A DNA stretch of 64,000 nucleotides from Batkoa obscura (GCA_030770535.1 JASVEC010000014.1:806001-870000), one strand, 5' to 3'; shown: positions 46,604 through 60,032, numbered from the stretch's first letter. Notes: generated by a model not told the origin, from the sequence alone. Numbers and translations: made by a program.

Positions 46604-49600
46604 TTATCTGCGAGCAGCCACTCTCTAAAAAAGTTAAACTTTAGCCAATACAAAATAACAATAATCTTACCTCAACTAATGAAATTCCATCCCTAAACTT
46701 AGCCTTGAATAGTACATTGGCATTGTTAAACATGCCATCCTTCAGAGAAACAATGATAAATTGGGAAGCCTTAAATCTAGTCCTCAATAACTGACCAATG
46801 TTTTGAGTATGAGATAAATCCAAAGCAGCATCAATCTCATCTAAGATATACATTGGGGCTGGTTTGAACTGCAATAGAGCTAAAATAAGAGATAAGGCAA
46901 TAAGAGACCTTTGGCCCCCAGATAATTCAGTTAATGAGTGTTTCCATACACCTCCCAAATTTACTCTTACTTCTAATCCATCTTTTAATTCCTTTCCTTC
47001 TGGTGGTATAAGTTTGGCTCCATTTCCTGGTAATAAATCGGAGAATATAAGCCCGAAATCACTTATTAAATAAATAAAATTAAATAAAAAATATAACCTT
47101 TTAGTTGTAAAACTTACTTATCCACCTTTTCCCAAGTTCTGGATAAAGCTTCCTTTTTAAAATTATCTAACGTTTGAATCGAATTTTCTATTGTAATTTT
47201 ATCTTTTTTGACTCGATTTAACATACTTTTGAGCTCACTTTCTTTCTTTTCTTGACTAAAATAATTTTTAATATTAACTTATTTCATTAAAATTATAGAT
47301 AACATATATTTACCTGTCAATTAAAGTCATAACTTTAAGATTAATTTTTCTCCTTAAAACCTCGTGTTCTTTTTCCAAACTTTGTAATCGTATTTCAACC
47401 TGTCGAATATCATGTTTTTGAAAATCAAAATCAGTTCCGCTTTGTCCAAAAGTACTAAAAAACAATAATTATAATAAAGTTGATTACGTTCAATTATCAA
47501 TATCGATATCAATAATCTACCTTTTATACTCACTAATCCACTCATGTTCTCTTTCTAATGCTTTAACAATACGTTCAGCCTCAATAATGTCCTTTTCAAA
47601 TCTTTCAATCTCATGCTGTAGCTTTTGCAATTGTAATTTGTTCTCGTTGCAATCCTTATTTTTATTCTGTTTCACCTTGATCAGATCATTGATTTCTTTA
47701 TCTTCTTTCCTTTGTTCTAAAATTAATATATCCATACTTTCTTTAAGGGTTGCTAATTCATTCTATTTTAATTATTAATTTATTATGATTCAATTGTTAT
47801 TTGATTATTGTTGGGTTATTATCCAATTGCTATTTAATAATTACCTTATCAGAAATGTATTCATTTTTTATAACTTCATGGCTGTTCTTTAATTTCTTTA
47901 TGTTCTTTTCAATACTTTCGAAGCTCTCTTGAACATTTTCTAAATCCGCTTTCATTAATTCTAAAAAAATACTTTAGCTTATTTTATGTGATTAATCTTA
48001 CAATTACCCAATTCTTTTTCTTTAGAATTAACTTCAAATTGAATGGATTTAAAAGTTGTTTTTTTAGCTGCTATTCCTTTTTTTAGTTGTTTGATTTTGC
48101 TCTAAAACAATAATGGCAATAACGAATATAAATAATGTTGATATATTATATTATCAATATTTACCTCCAACTCTTCCAACTTTAAACTCTTGTTATCTTT
48201 AAAGTCGCTCATTTCCTTTTCTAATGATAAAAGATGATCATCTAACTCCTTAACCTTTGCTTCACATTTGCCAATTTGTCCTTCAGCTTCTATTAAGTTC
48301 TTTTCATTCGCTTCCAATTCGATTTGTACTTGATTATAAGAACTATTGGCCAATCTTTGATCCAACAACTCAATTTCATGTTTCTTCAAATCAACCTTTT
48401 TTTTAAGTTGATGATACTCGTTAGCTAAATGAGCCATCGATTCCACTTTTTTCATAATCTTAAATCGATTCTCTGTTAAACTACTTAATTGTTTATTGAT
48501 TTCTTGGATTGCTGCAAATGATTCAATAATCCCAGATACTGTAGGTTTAGCTCCACCCTGTAAAGTGCCTGAAGGATCATAAACATCTCCTTCAATGGTC
48601 ACTGATTTCGCTATCCTTTTTACTGAAGAGATTTCGCGTGAGACATTTGGTGCTATCCATTATTATTATTATTCTATTTAATTGTGTATATATTAAATTA
48701 CTATCACAAATCAAAGTGGATCCAAAAACGTACTCCATGGCCTTTTCTAGTTCATTCTTATACCCTACTAAGCTTAATGCTAGATTCACTTGACCTGGAG
48801 CTATTCTATTTGAAGTAGCAATTTTCTAATTATATAAATCAATTTAGGCGCAGCTTGGTATTATTGTTGTAGTTATTTACCTCAGCAGAAAGTTTAAAAG
48901 TTGAAATCTTATTAAGAGGAATAATGGTAACTCTAGATCTCAAATTGCCATTCTTAAGTAAATCAGCCCCGGTTGAAGAATCATCTACAATAACCTAATA
49001 CTATTAATTTACATGTTAAAGTAATCAACTTATCCACTTACGTTATACAACTTACCACCTGCACAAATTTCTAAAGCGGTAGCATACTGTTTATCATCTA
49101 AACTAAACAATTCAGCTACCAATCCTTTAACTTTGCTACGATCAAAATTGGGATAAGGATCACTATATTTAAACTCTAAATTCCCACGTTCTGCTATTTT
49201 GATCTGCTTGCTTTCATTGGCTTCTTTGATCTTTTTGGAAAGTTCACTGGCTAATTGACTATACTCATGCTGCTTTTGAGGATCGTAACCTAATTGTTCA
49301 ATTTTATCCTGAAAAATTATTACATTAATGTTTTAACGCGATATAATTTTTATATTGACTTACTTCCAAAACTGTTAACTCTTGCTGTGCCTTATTTCTT
49401 GTACTATTTTGCTCATGATTTTCATCGATCATATCATTCCTCCTCTGCTTTAACCTTTTATTTTCTTTCGCTAAGTGCTCTATTTGAAGCCTTAACTTTT
49501 CTATTTCTGTACTATACTTTGCCTTTTCTTTTTTTGTAGCTAAATTAAAGTATCATCTAGTAAACTTGTACTTATCTTTGTGTAATAACTTACTCTGTAT

Positions 49601-51099
49601 TTGAGTATGATAGTCCAATTTATGGCCTTCTTTGGCTGAGATACCGGTGGTTAAGGATTGTAAAAGCTCCTCTGATCTTTGTAGTTCATTTTCTTCTCGA
49701 CGGAATTCCTCTTCTTTCATTTTAAACCTTTTTTGTAATTCTTTATTGCTTTCGATATGCTTTTCAATGCTTTTTATAAGCTAAAAGGAGCTCAATACCA
49801 CTATTAAAAGATGTATCAATTTTATTACCTCTTCTTGATTTCTTTTGTTAGATTTCAAATTGTCCATCTCTTCATTTAAATTTTTTGATACATTATCTAA
49901 CTCAGCTTTATGAATAGTTATGGACTTTGTTTTCTCTTTTATTACTTTTTCTAATTTTTCTACGTTTTCTCCTTTGACCTACGAAAGCTCAATTTATTAA
50001 TACTTATACAATCATATCTACCTTACCCTGGTTTCCTGAATACGAGAAATTTCTTCTTCAATGGTAGAGATCTCCCTCTGAGTTTGTTCAATTCTATTTT
50101 CAATTTGTATAATCTTGCCTTTTTTATCATCGAAATCCATCCCACTTGATTTCATCTTCATCTAAAAAAAACGATAAATACTTTAACTTGGCTTTTTTAG
50201 CTATTCTTTTACTTCATTTTTATGATACTTGAATGCTACCATAAGTTTATTTTTCTGGTCCATTTCGATTTGCACCGTTTGATATTGCAAATAAGTCGCT
50301 TTTTCTTGTCGAAGTTGATTTAACTTGGGCGTTATCTCTTCATCTAATAACTAAACAACATATTAATGTCATATATGTTTTATATACATTATATTTTACC
50401 GTCTGAATCTCAGCTAATTTGACTTCTTTTTTAGCAATGGTTTTTAGAGCTTTCTCTTTTTTCTCTTCAAACATTCTAGTACCAGCTGCTTCTTGTATCA
50501 TTGCTAATATCTCTGGAGGTTTCATATTCAACACCTTGGTGATCTTCCCTTGCATGATTAAAAAATGAGGATTATTAACATTCAGTTGAACAGATTGAAA
50601 TAAATTGGCTAATGTTTGTTGCTGTGCATTGTGGCCATTGATCAAATATTTGTTTCTACCGCCAATTAGAATCTGATTGTAAACTTTAAATTTTGATTTA
50701 TTAAACTTGGTTTCGATTAAAATTACCTGTCGAGTCACAGTAATCTGCTGATACTCTTCATATCCTACTGGGCTATTCTTTGTATCACTATTATTAAACA
50801 CAATCGTAACTGAGGCTTTTGAAATGCCTGCTTGCCCTCTCTTGTAAACCAAATCTTGAAGACTATTGGCACGTACCTTTTTTTAAAAACTAATTATTTC
50901 TTTATCAGATTTTTCAATGTTTTGATCTTACATGTGACAAGTTAGTGATTCCTAAAACAAAACAAATGGCGTCTAAGATATTGCTTTTGCCGGATCCATT
51001 TAAACCTGTAATAGCGTTGAATTGACGATCCCATCCTGTGATATGCGTACGTGTAGCATACGATTTAAAACCATCAATGATTAGCTCTTCGATGTACAT
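46604..51099 (-). CDS. SMC2: Condensin ATPase Smc2, multi-exon
   Basis: [50 protein letters not shown], hinge [33 protein letters not shown]. Confidence 0.96.
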
Positions 51100-52657
51100 A
51101 TTGATCGAATAGTTGTTTTTTGATAGAAAGTGAATGATGTGATTTAATTTGTGTTTGCTTTTTTGCAGTAGAAAGTCAAAGCAAGATATCCTTTTTTGGT
51201 AAATTGGCTAGGTTTTTTCATAATCTAGGAAAAATAGGAGTTATATTAAAGATATAGTGAGGGTTATTGGTAGACCGTATAGAAAAGCTATGCTACAACA
51301 AACAGTAGTTTTAATGGGATTGACGTAAATAGCCTTCAGTAAAAGTTTAAACATATGATGGTATATATATTTAGCATAAACTTTATTTAAATTGTAGATT
51401 CATAATAGTAAAAATGAAAAAATCAACTAAATAGAAGTAAAATCATTAAGCAAGCTTTTTAATACTACCTTACCTTTATCAATGTGAATTTAATACATAG
51501 TATCACTCCGGTTAAAAATATACATATATATGGACATAATGATTTTACAAAACATGCTCTGTTTTTACTTGTTTTAATCAATTTATTAAAATTAACTACT
51601 ATTAACCATACAACTTCAATTGGTATCATATTACAAGTACTAGGAAAGCAAAATAAAATTAAAGCTTGAAAATTAGCAATGTGACCAAAAATGGTTTTAT
51701 TCCCAAGCTATACAAAACTAATTCCCACTTCAATTTATTAATCTCGCATCTCATTAAGCCCCAGATAGGAAGTACTAACCAGATAGGTAGTTTTTTCATT
51801 GAAAAAATTTCCGATTTTAGATGTTGTTCTATTCCAATCAAAAAAATCATTAAGCGGATTTAAAAGATATCTAATATTAACATTTAATGAGACTAGGTTA
51901 GGAAGGTTATGGTTATGGTTATTGTTAGAGTTAAGGGTCAAGGATTTTTACCGAAATTAATCAACAATTTGTTTCATTAAGATTTATTCTTTACCAAAAA
52001 AGTGACTATCTAGCTGGTTAACATCTACCAAAATCAATCACCTTCAATTTCTGAGTTTCTTTTTGTTGCTTGAAGTGGATACAAGAATAAATTTACTGCG
52101 TAAAAATCTAAACTATCCATTTTACAAAATGCATTCATCAGCTGTTACATTAAATTAAAGAATTATAATGCGCACGACTTATCTTCTCTAGTCTGTAAGG
52201 TTTGTATTAGATAGGCATTGTATACCGCTATCGTGCTATAATTTTAAATCCAAAGTCCTATTTACACAATCAAGAAAAGAAATTGGTTGTTAACAAGTGC
52301 TGTGATAACGTTGCTTTAGATTTTTGATTGTAATTTCCCATTTAAATTCGAATTATTGATGCTAATAAGAAATAGGCGACAACATTTTTGATAATGAACA
52401 TCTTTTTATTGTAAATTAGAACTAGATTATTCCAGATAACATGAGTTTTATCAAACTTAATAAACTAATGATTTTTTTATCAAAATATCAAAATGAGGCT
52501 ATGACATTGCTGGCTATTTTTAAAACTTTTGTCAAGTTATAAAATTTAATTAAACTATTCTTTAAGTAAGTTATTGATACTTGGTCCTTATGACGTAACG
52601 AAAAAATAGTATAAATAACTCGCATTTTTTTGCATTTCTTAACATAAATTATCAAGG

Positions 52658-53866
52658 ATGTTTTACCCCTTTGAGTTAGAACGTTTTTTTGCCAAGCATG
52701 AGTTTACTAGTAAATACTTATTGTGTTGCTCTGATCCACAATCCTACACTATCAGAGAGTTGATTGATCTTAGTGAAGATCCAGCTAAAGTAAGAGAGGA
52801 ATTTGAGTCCCTTCACTTAGGTTACACTGAGAGTTCAGGAGATCCAGAGCTACGTGAGTTAGTAGCAGACTTACTCTACAATGGACAAGGCTCCAACGTC
52901 AACTTCAATCAGGAGAATATTTTGATTCATACTGGTGCACAAGAAGTCATCTTTACTAGCTGTAAAGGGATATTAAAAGAGGGAGATAAAGTAATGATAC
53001 AAACACCATGCTATCAATCACATTATGAGTTGCCTAGATCTTTAGGGTGCGAGATTATTGAAATTCCTACCACTATTAACGAAGAAGGGAAATGGGACTT
53101 GGACTTCAAAAAGATTGAACAAAATATTGATGAAAGCGTCAAAATGCTATTGATTAATACGCCCCATAATCCCACCGGATTTCATTTTACTTTACAACAA
53201 CAAAAGAAGCTTATTGATATCATTAAGCCATATGATACCATTCTATTAGCAGATGAAGTTAATCGATTTTCAGAACATAAGGATGGCTTACTATTACCTT
53301 CATTTGCTCAGATTTATAACAATTGTATTTCAATAAGCGTATTATCAAAATCTTTTAGCTTACCAGGAATACGTCTAGGTTGGGCAGCTTCCCAAAATTT
53401 AAAACTATTGGAGGCCTTAGTACAATGTAAAGATTACACAACAATTACCAACCCAGCACCATCCGAGTTTTTAGCTAAAGTAGCATTAAGAAACAAGGAA
53501 AAAATTTTGAAACGTAATTTACAAATTTATCAAACAAATTTAAATCTATTTGAGCAGTTTTTAAACAAATATTCCAAGTATCTTGAATGGGTTCAACCTA
53601 ATTCTGGGATTGTTGGGTTTTTGAAGTTAAATTGGGAGAATTTACCATCAGTGTTTAAACAGAATGTTACTAAGGAGAATACTATTACTAATAACTTTTG
53701 TGATATTTTATTAAATGAATTCGGTGTTCTTTTGGCACCAGGAACTAATTTTGATCCTTCAAAATCTGCTCTTTACGATCATTATGTTAGACTGGGCTTT
53801 GGCCGTACTAATTTTCCTATAGCTTTAGCTAAGTTTGAAGAATTTGCTAAGAAGTATTTTAAATAA
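52658..53866 (+). CDS. PLP-dependent class I/II aminotransferase, bacterial-like, intronless
   Basis: LERFFAKHEF..LLCCSD, LGYTESSG, TGAQE, NTPHNPTG, DEVNR, SVLSKSFSLPGIRLGW (PLP lysine), VRLGFG. Confidence 0.9.
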   Translation: MFYPFELERFFAKHEFTSKYLLCCSDPQSYTIRELIDLSEDPAKVREEFESLHLGYTESSGDPELRELVADLLYNGQGSNVNFNQENILIHTGAQEVIFTSCKGILKEGDKVMIQTPCYQSHYELPRSLGCEIIEIPTTINEEGKWDLDFKKIEQNIDESVKMLLINTPHNPTGFHFTLQQQKKLIDIIKPYDTILLADEVNRFSEHKDGLLLPSFAQIYNNCISISVLSKSFSLPGIRLGWAASQNLKLLEALVQCKDYTTITNPAPSEFLAKVALRNKEKILKRNLQIYQTNLNLFEQFLNKYSKYLEWVQPNSGIVGFLKLNWENLPSVFKQNVTKENTITNNFCDILLNEFGVLLAPGTNFDPSKSALYDHYVRLGFGRTNFPIALAKFEEFAKKYFK

Positions 53867-55103
53867 ATTTGTTAAAACATAATATCTAATTTATTAATTC
53901 ATAATTTAAAATCGACTTGTACTTTGTTAAAAAGAATATTAGAATTAGAATTTAAAGCAATTTGTTCCAAAATGATTTTATCTTTAATTGTATATAACTG
54001 TTGCAGCCTTATTGCGACTTAATTTGCTATAATTTTTGCAGTCAGTTATTTGCTTATTTGATTTTTTTAACGCCTTGCTTTATTGTTTTCGCCTGATTTT
54101 AAAATTCTATTCTTAAATGGACACTTAATTAAGCCGCGATAGAGCTATAACAGCTGTAAAATTTGATTTTTTTAAATATTACTATGTGCCGCTAAAGCAA
54201 AAATAAGAATACAGCTTAATTCGGTTTAAAAAACAAACTTTTAGCGGCTGTTTGATAAACAAGTTATTTTGTTATAAATGATATAAAAACTAGCACTTCT
54301 TTCGAGAAAGGAGAGTTTAGTACTTATATCCTAATTCTTTGAACTCCATCAACTAACAGTTTGAAAACAAACATTGATAACATGAGTAAAGACATACAAT
54401 AGAATTGCTATCGCTGGCTACCATAGTTATTTAGGTTATACTTTTTAATACGAAAATTCACCAATAATGATCCAAAATTTAAGTCCACTTATTTAATACA
54501 ACTCATAAACTTCCATCAAACGTTTATACTTTAAACTAGGTGACTAAATCAAATCCTCGCTACAATAAATAGTCAGGAAATAGCAAACTTATTTGTAATA
54601 GAACAGTGGAAAAATAAACTATAGCAACACCGCTGACTATAAATTGATTCACTATAGCCAGAATTTATACTAAAAATAGTTAAAGTTATTTTTATTGTGA
54701 AATTAAAGCAAATTTAGCTACGAATTTGAATGTTTAGCTTGTTTTTGATAGGTTTTATGTGGTTTTGTATACTAGTCACCTTATTAATGAAAGCCTTAAT
54801 ACAATCTTGAGTCTTTTCTTTGTTAGTGCTTAATTAATTATTTTTATAACAGGTTATAGAGTTAACTATATATAATTTAAAGCTTGACGAAATAACTTGG
54901 CTACAAAGTTTAATAAACTATAAAAATAAGTTTATTTTTATGCAGAAAAATACACACTGTAATAAATCTACAAAGATTAACTTAAACAAAATTAAGCAGT
55001 AGTTTGTTAATGCTATACTAAATTTCCAAAACAATTCTTTAAAAATCATCTCTACTATAAATACCACTTTCTCTTTATTAAGTTGAAACTTTGAAAATTA
55101 AAG

Positions 55104-56141
55104 ATGGGAGATATCGAAATTGACCAAGACTTTATCAGCAAACTAACAATCTGGTGGATAGTAGTAGTGAGCGTCTTAGGCTTACTACTAAATATTTTAC
55201 TTATCGCTGTACTAACCAGAAAAAAATGGACATGGTCTATTGATATAAAATTAGTTCTTTATTTATCCATTGTTGACTCATTATTATGCATAATCATCCT
55301 AACAGTATCATTAGCTAAATATTACTTAAATATTGATTTCAATAAAATCAGTCCTATCTGGTGTCAGATTGCAGGTATTTCTGTGACCTTAATGGATGTA
55401 TGCTCCTTAGTATTTATCACACTATTGAGCTTTGAGCGCTACTTTTTAATATGTAAAAGTAAAGCCAATGCTTGCCAATGGAGTTTGACTTTAGGTATGA
55501 TCTATATCATTGTTGGCCTTATTTTTGGAATTATGGCAGCCTCCACCTATTGTTTCAAGACTACCACTTCTGGAGGTTATTGTACTGTTTCGCCAGTTGA
55601 AAATCCTTTAGGTATCCCTTACTTTTACTACTTATTTGTTAGTTTCAATATGTCTTTGTTGTCAGTCACTTTTTGCTACCTTAATATCATCCTCACTGGT
55701 AAAAAATATGTTGGTAGGTTAACCAGAGAAATAGGGGTCCCTAGAGTGACTTTAGAGCCATTACGAGCTAAATATCAATCTAGAGGGGAAAGAAGTATTT
55801 TTAGTACATCAACCTCTGCCAGTACATGTGTCAATAGTAATAACACGCAGTTTACTACTAGTACGAATGTAGAACCAGATTTTCAAATTTATCCCAAAAA
55901 AATGAAATTGAAGGTAATTTTAAGAGGCTTTTTATTTATTTCAATTTATGTCACTTGTTTTATACCCAACCTTCTGAGTTGGTGGTTATCAACAATAACT
56001 TTTAAGCCATGGTCTCTGGTTTTAGATATTGTCATTATTTGTACCTTCAATATGGCTCAGTTGGTTAACCCTTTGTTGGCTTTGTCATTACATACAACTA
56101 TTCGGAGAGAGTTCAATAATCTTTTAAAATTTAGAAAATAA
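55104..56141 (+). CDS. Rhodopsin-family (class A)-like 7TM receptor
   Basis: 7 TM segments, WCQ, LSFERY, GGYCT, CFIPN, VNPLL; paralog of the genes at 57493 and 23258. Confidence 0.87.
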   Translation: MGDIEIDQDFISKLTIWWIVVVSVLGLLLNILLIAVLTRKKWTWSIDIKLVLYLSIVDSLLCIIILTVSLAKYYLNIDFNKISPIWCQIAGISVTLMDVCSLVFITLLSFERYFLICKSKANACQWSLTLGMIYIIVGLIFGIMAASTYCFKTTTSGGYCTVSPVENPLGIPYFYYLFVSFNMSLLSVTFCYLNIILTGKKYVGRLTREIGVPRVTLEPLRAKYQSRGERSIFSTSTSASTCVNSNNTQFTTSTNVEPDFQIYPKKMKLKVILRGFLFISIYVTCFIPNLLSWWLSTITFKPWSLVLDIVIICTFNMAQLVNPLLALSLHTTIRREFNNLLKFRK

Positions 56142-56316
56142 GGATTGGGTTATAATTTATAGCTAAAGATGATCCATTAGAAGTACTTATGAGTGTAAAT
56201 ATTAGTTGTTTATAAGTTGATTTTTTATCAATTTCAATAAAAGTTAGTAAACTAATTAAATGAGTAGAATAGTTCATAAATTTTTCTGCATTTCGAAAGT
56301 TATTAACAATCTATCT

Positions 56317-56417
56317 TTATGGAGATGTTTCTTAGTTTCATCATTTTTTCCATCTTAACCGCTATTTGAGCGAAAAAATTGTTAGTAAAATTCTTAAATA
56401 CAAAAATACCCCCATAT
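56317..56417 (+). mobile_element. ~100-bp MITE copy
   Basis: GGAGATGT...TTAGTAAAATTCTTAAA...CCCC-ATAT. Confidence 0.82.
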
Positions 56418-56460
56418 ATAATGTCAACTCATGTTTATTCTTTGATTGTTATTAAATAAT

Positions 56461-56615
56461 ATATGAGGTGTTTTTTTAACTTCACTTTTTCCATTTTTAA
56501 GCACTGTTTGAGCGGAATAACTATTAGTAAGATTTTTTTAAAGAATCTATTATCTTTCCGCTCAATAGCGCTTAAAAATGGAAAAAGTGATGAAGCTAAA
56601 AAAACACTCACATAT
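56461..56615. mobile_element. Fold-back MITE derivative (two partial copies of the same end, inverted)
   Basis: ATAT-GAGGTG...GAGCGGAA [spacer] TTCCGCTC...CACTCAC-ATAT. Confidence 0.75.
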
Positions 56616-56813
56616 CCTGACATTTATCCACAAACACTGACAATCTTTGTTGAACTTGTTACTTTTGAATACCTTCTACTTTTTTATAATAGCTTATACA
56701 ATTTTTTAAACTATCAAATTATATTATAAGGATATCGTATGATTATTAATAGTTAGAAATATTTAAATTTTACTATGCAAACCATTTCATTTAACCATTA
56801 CATTTAAAAAGTA

Positions 56814-57113
56814 ATATGGAGCTATTTTTTTTGGCTTCATTATCTTTCCATTTTGTAAGCGCTATTTAAGTGGAAAGACTGTTAGCAAAATTCTTAAACA
56901 TATGAAAATGTATTTTTGTGTTTAAGAATTTTACTAATAATTTTTTCACTCAAATAGCATTTAAAAGAGAAGAAGTGATGAAGCCAAAAAAAATATCCCC
57001 ATATCTCCATATGGGGATATATTTTTATGTTTAAGAGTTTTGCTACAATCTTTCCACTCAAATAGCGCTTGAAAAATGGAAAAAGTAATGAAACCAAAAA
57101 AACAACCCCATAT
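56814..57113. mobile_element. Cluster of three nested/abutting MITE copies
   Basis: A + copy from 56814 is interrupted at ATAT 56900 by a - copy (56900-57004); a second - copy (57009-57113) shares the next ATAT. Confidence 0.82.
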
Positions 57114-57492
57114 AAAACAACCCATAAAATCGTATGATAAAAAATAAGTCATTAATAAATTACAAATATTAACCATAGCTTAGAAACTAATATTTATTTA
57201 CACTATACAAAAACATAAATCTTCTTTTATATTATTTGAGTTTAAATAAAGTATATATATATGATATAAAAACCTAAAATAAGAATATAAAAAATATAAG
57301 AAACATAAAATATAAAATATAAAAACATTACAGTCAAAGAGTATATAATACTACACAAAACAAGTAAATATTTAATTATTGTGTATATTAATGTATTTTA
57401 AACTATTCCTTAATAAAATAAAATAAAATGCTCCAAAAATCAAAAAATTCATTTTAATTACATGATCTTATTAAACTAATAAATAAATAGCC

Positions 57493-58536
57493 CTATTTTG
57501 ACTTAAACCAAGATAGAAACCCAGCTCTAATGGTCGAATGAAGGGTTAAAGCCAAAAGTGGATTAAAAAATTGAGAAAAATGAAAAGTACAAATAATCAA
57601 AACATCAAAAACATAAGGCCATGGTCGAGATGTAACTACGCCATACCACCAGGAGATAAGGTTTGGTATGAAACAAAAGATATAAATAATTATAAACAAC
57701 AACCCACGAAGAAATACTTTCTTTTTGATTTTTTCAGGATATATTTTAAAATCAGGCTCCTTGCTACTATTTATCATTCGAGTACTACTTTTATAACTTA
57801 GTTCTGTTGCCTTAGTGTTGATTGTTGATTCCCTTTTACGTTGAAACGGATTTTCTTCTTCATTCATATTGTTGCTATAATAGCCTATAGTTTCATTAAT
57901 ATTGTCGATCTTCATAGTTTCAACTTGTTTTTTACTTGTCAGAATTATTTTGCAATAGCAATAAGTAATTGTAAATAATGAAACATTGAAGGTTATAAAA
58001 ATAAAAATAAAATAGGGTAGTGCAACTGGTTCAATAGGTGCTGTTAATGTACAATAACCGGCTGAGGGGCTAGGTTTGAATGTTTTCATACTCGCTGCTA
58101 TAATAGCTAATATTGACCCTAATATTAAATAAATTGATATAAATATGTAACACTTTTTTTGGATGTTCGTTTGACTTTTACATATTAGAACATATCTCTC
58201 ATAACTTAACAACGAAAGGAATAATAGCGTGCAGTTATCAACCATGGTAATAAATACTCCTGAAATTTGACAGTACACTTCTGGGATGCCATTAAAATCG
58301 ATTTCTGCAAAATATTTACCCAAGCTAACAGCCAATATAACAAATGATAAAAGGATATCCACTATTGATAGACAGAATACTAGTTTAATATCAATTGTCC
58401 AGCTCCATTTCTTCCTTACTATTACTATAGCTAACAATGTATTTAATATAATACTTAAAACACTTATTACTACGATCCACCATACTGTAAAGGGTAATAT
58501 AAAATTTTGTTTATGATCATCGTCCAATTCTAGCAT
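57493..58536 (-). CDS. Rhodopsin-family (class A)-like 7TM receptor
   Basis: 7 TM segments, YCQ, LSYERY, AGYCT, CFIPN, FNPLL; shares RKKW.W.IDIKLV and EPDF.IYP.K with 55104. Confidence 0.87.
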   Translation of the reverse strand: MLELDDDHKQNFILPFTVWWIVVISVLSIILNTLLAIVIVRKKWSWTIDIKLVFCLSIVDILLSFVILAVSLGKYFAEIDFNGIPEVYCQISGVFITMVDNCTLLFLSLLSYERYVLICKSQTNIQKKCYIFISIYLILGSILAIIAASMKTFKPSPSAGYCTLTAPIEPVALPYFIFIFITFNVSLFTITYCYCKIILTSKKQVETMKIDNINETIGYYSNNMNEEENPFQRKRESTINTKATELSYKSSTRMINSSKEPDFKIYPEKIKKKVFLRGLLFIIIYIFCFIPNLISWWYGVVTSRPWPYVFDVLIICTFHFSQFFNPLLALTLHSTIRAGFLSWFKSK

Positions 58537-59927
58537 ATTTGTCCTATCTTATTTTAAAAAAAGCGAATTAATAAGTTGATATTGGATTTTTTTTCCATTA
58601 TATACTGTTTTACTCTTCATTTCAATGCTATTATGATAGTCTAAGCTTTTTATGCAATTCTATTTCGGATTCTTTTATTGGTTTTAACTGGTTTTATATT
58701 ATGTGAATGAACAAATTTAAACTATAAATTTTAATATAAGACAAAAGTAAAGAATAATTATATTATTAGAAATTTATTAAACATACTCCTTATTATATTT
58801 TAATTTGAGTTACTATTCCTTGATTCTCGTTTTAGTTGAATTTCAATTCAAAATCCACCCATAACTTTATTGATACTAAAAAACTGAAAATAATGGAATG
58901 CTTCTGTTCCGTTTCTTTTGCAACTTTTTAGCGCCAATTTCTATGACTAAACTATTTATCTAGTTAATTTTTTAAAATCTGGTTTATACATTCTGAGAAA
59001 TTTTAACAAAGAAAGTTTATAAATAACCTATTAAGTAGGTCCCAAGAGAGTTGCAACAGCTGTAAAGGCCAGGGGTGAAACCAAAGACACTTTAGGTTCA
59101 ATTAAAACTCAGTACCATTTACTAAAGCGTGTAACTGCAATGAATTGGTTCTCTATTAAATCTACGAATTTTAAATAAACTTTCAAATCCAAGCTACTAA
59201 CTGTTTACTGTTTATTGTTTTTTGCTTTTTTAATATAATTATTCCTTAAAATAATAATAACATGATTTTAATAAAATAATTAGGTTTCATGCCATAATGA
59301 TAATTTCATAATAATATATTGAAATTTTGTTTTTATTAACTTATCTTGAAAAATAAGAGGGACTAAATTCCTTTTATGGCTTCAACCTTATGTTTAACAT
59401 TTTAATTATCATTATTAATATTTGGTATAAAATCCTTTGATTTATATCAAAATAATTTTATTAAATACAACTTTAATCTATTTCTCGATCTTCATTTACT
59501 TTATCTTAACTTCAGCTAAATTAACTAAATAGTTTCAGATCATACCTCTATCTCAAACTATTTACCAACTATAGTATGATAAAAAAATAGCCTACATATA
59601 TAAATCATTGTATTTCAAAAAGAAAAATACTCTAAGCTTGGTTTGTTTTGTTAAAACAACTTTAAACTTTATATAATTGAATTTTTATAGGCACTATTCT
59701 TAAACTAATGGTTTATTTTAATGCAAGACCATTGAAGAATAGCTATTATTTAAACATTGAAAATGATAGTATAATTGTAATCAACCTTGTGTTATATCTT
59801 TATTGCCATAGTTATTTTTAAACTTTATAAATGAAATGTCAATTTGCATTTTATTATTAGAATATTAGACGATATCATAATCTTATATGGGAATGTCCAA
59901 ATCAGTTTCACTTTTTATTCATTCTTT

Positions 59928-60032
59928 AAATGTGAATATTTTTACTTCATTTTTTACATCTTTTAAGCACTATTTAAGTAGAAAAATTGTTAGTAAAATT
60001 CTCAAAATATAAAATACAAAGATGTATTTCTA
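59928..60032 (+). mobile_element. Degenerate MITE copy inside the decayed transposon
   Basis: TTTTAAGCACTATTTAAGTAGAAAAATTGTTAGTAAAATT core; ends eroded, coordinates approximate. Confidence 0.65.

Noticed and set aside
51484..51941. Cluster of 60-67-aa ORFs between SMC2 and the aminotransferase
   Set aside because: Overlapping, mostly non-ATG starts, no recognisable motifs.
56317..57113. Repeat cluster as a CRISPR-like array
   Set aside because: Units are ~100-bp TIR elements in mixed orientation without regular spacers; no cas genes; eukaryotic context.
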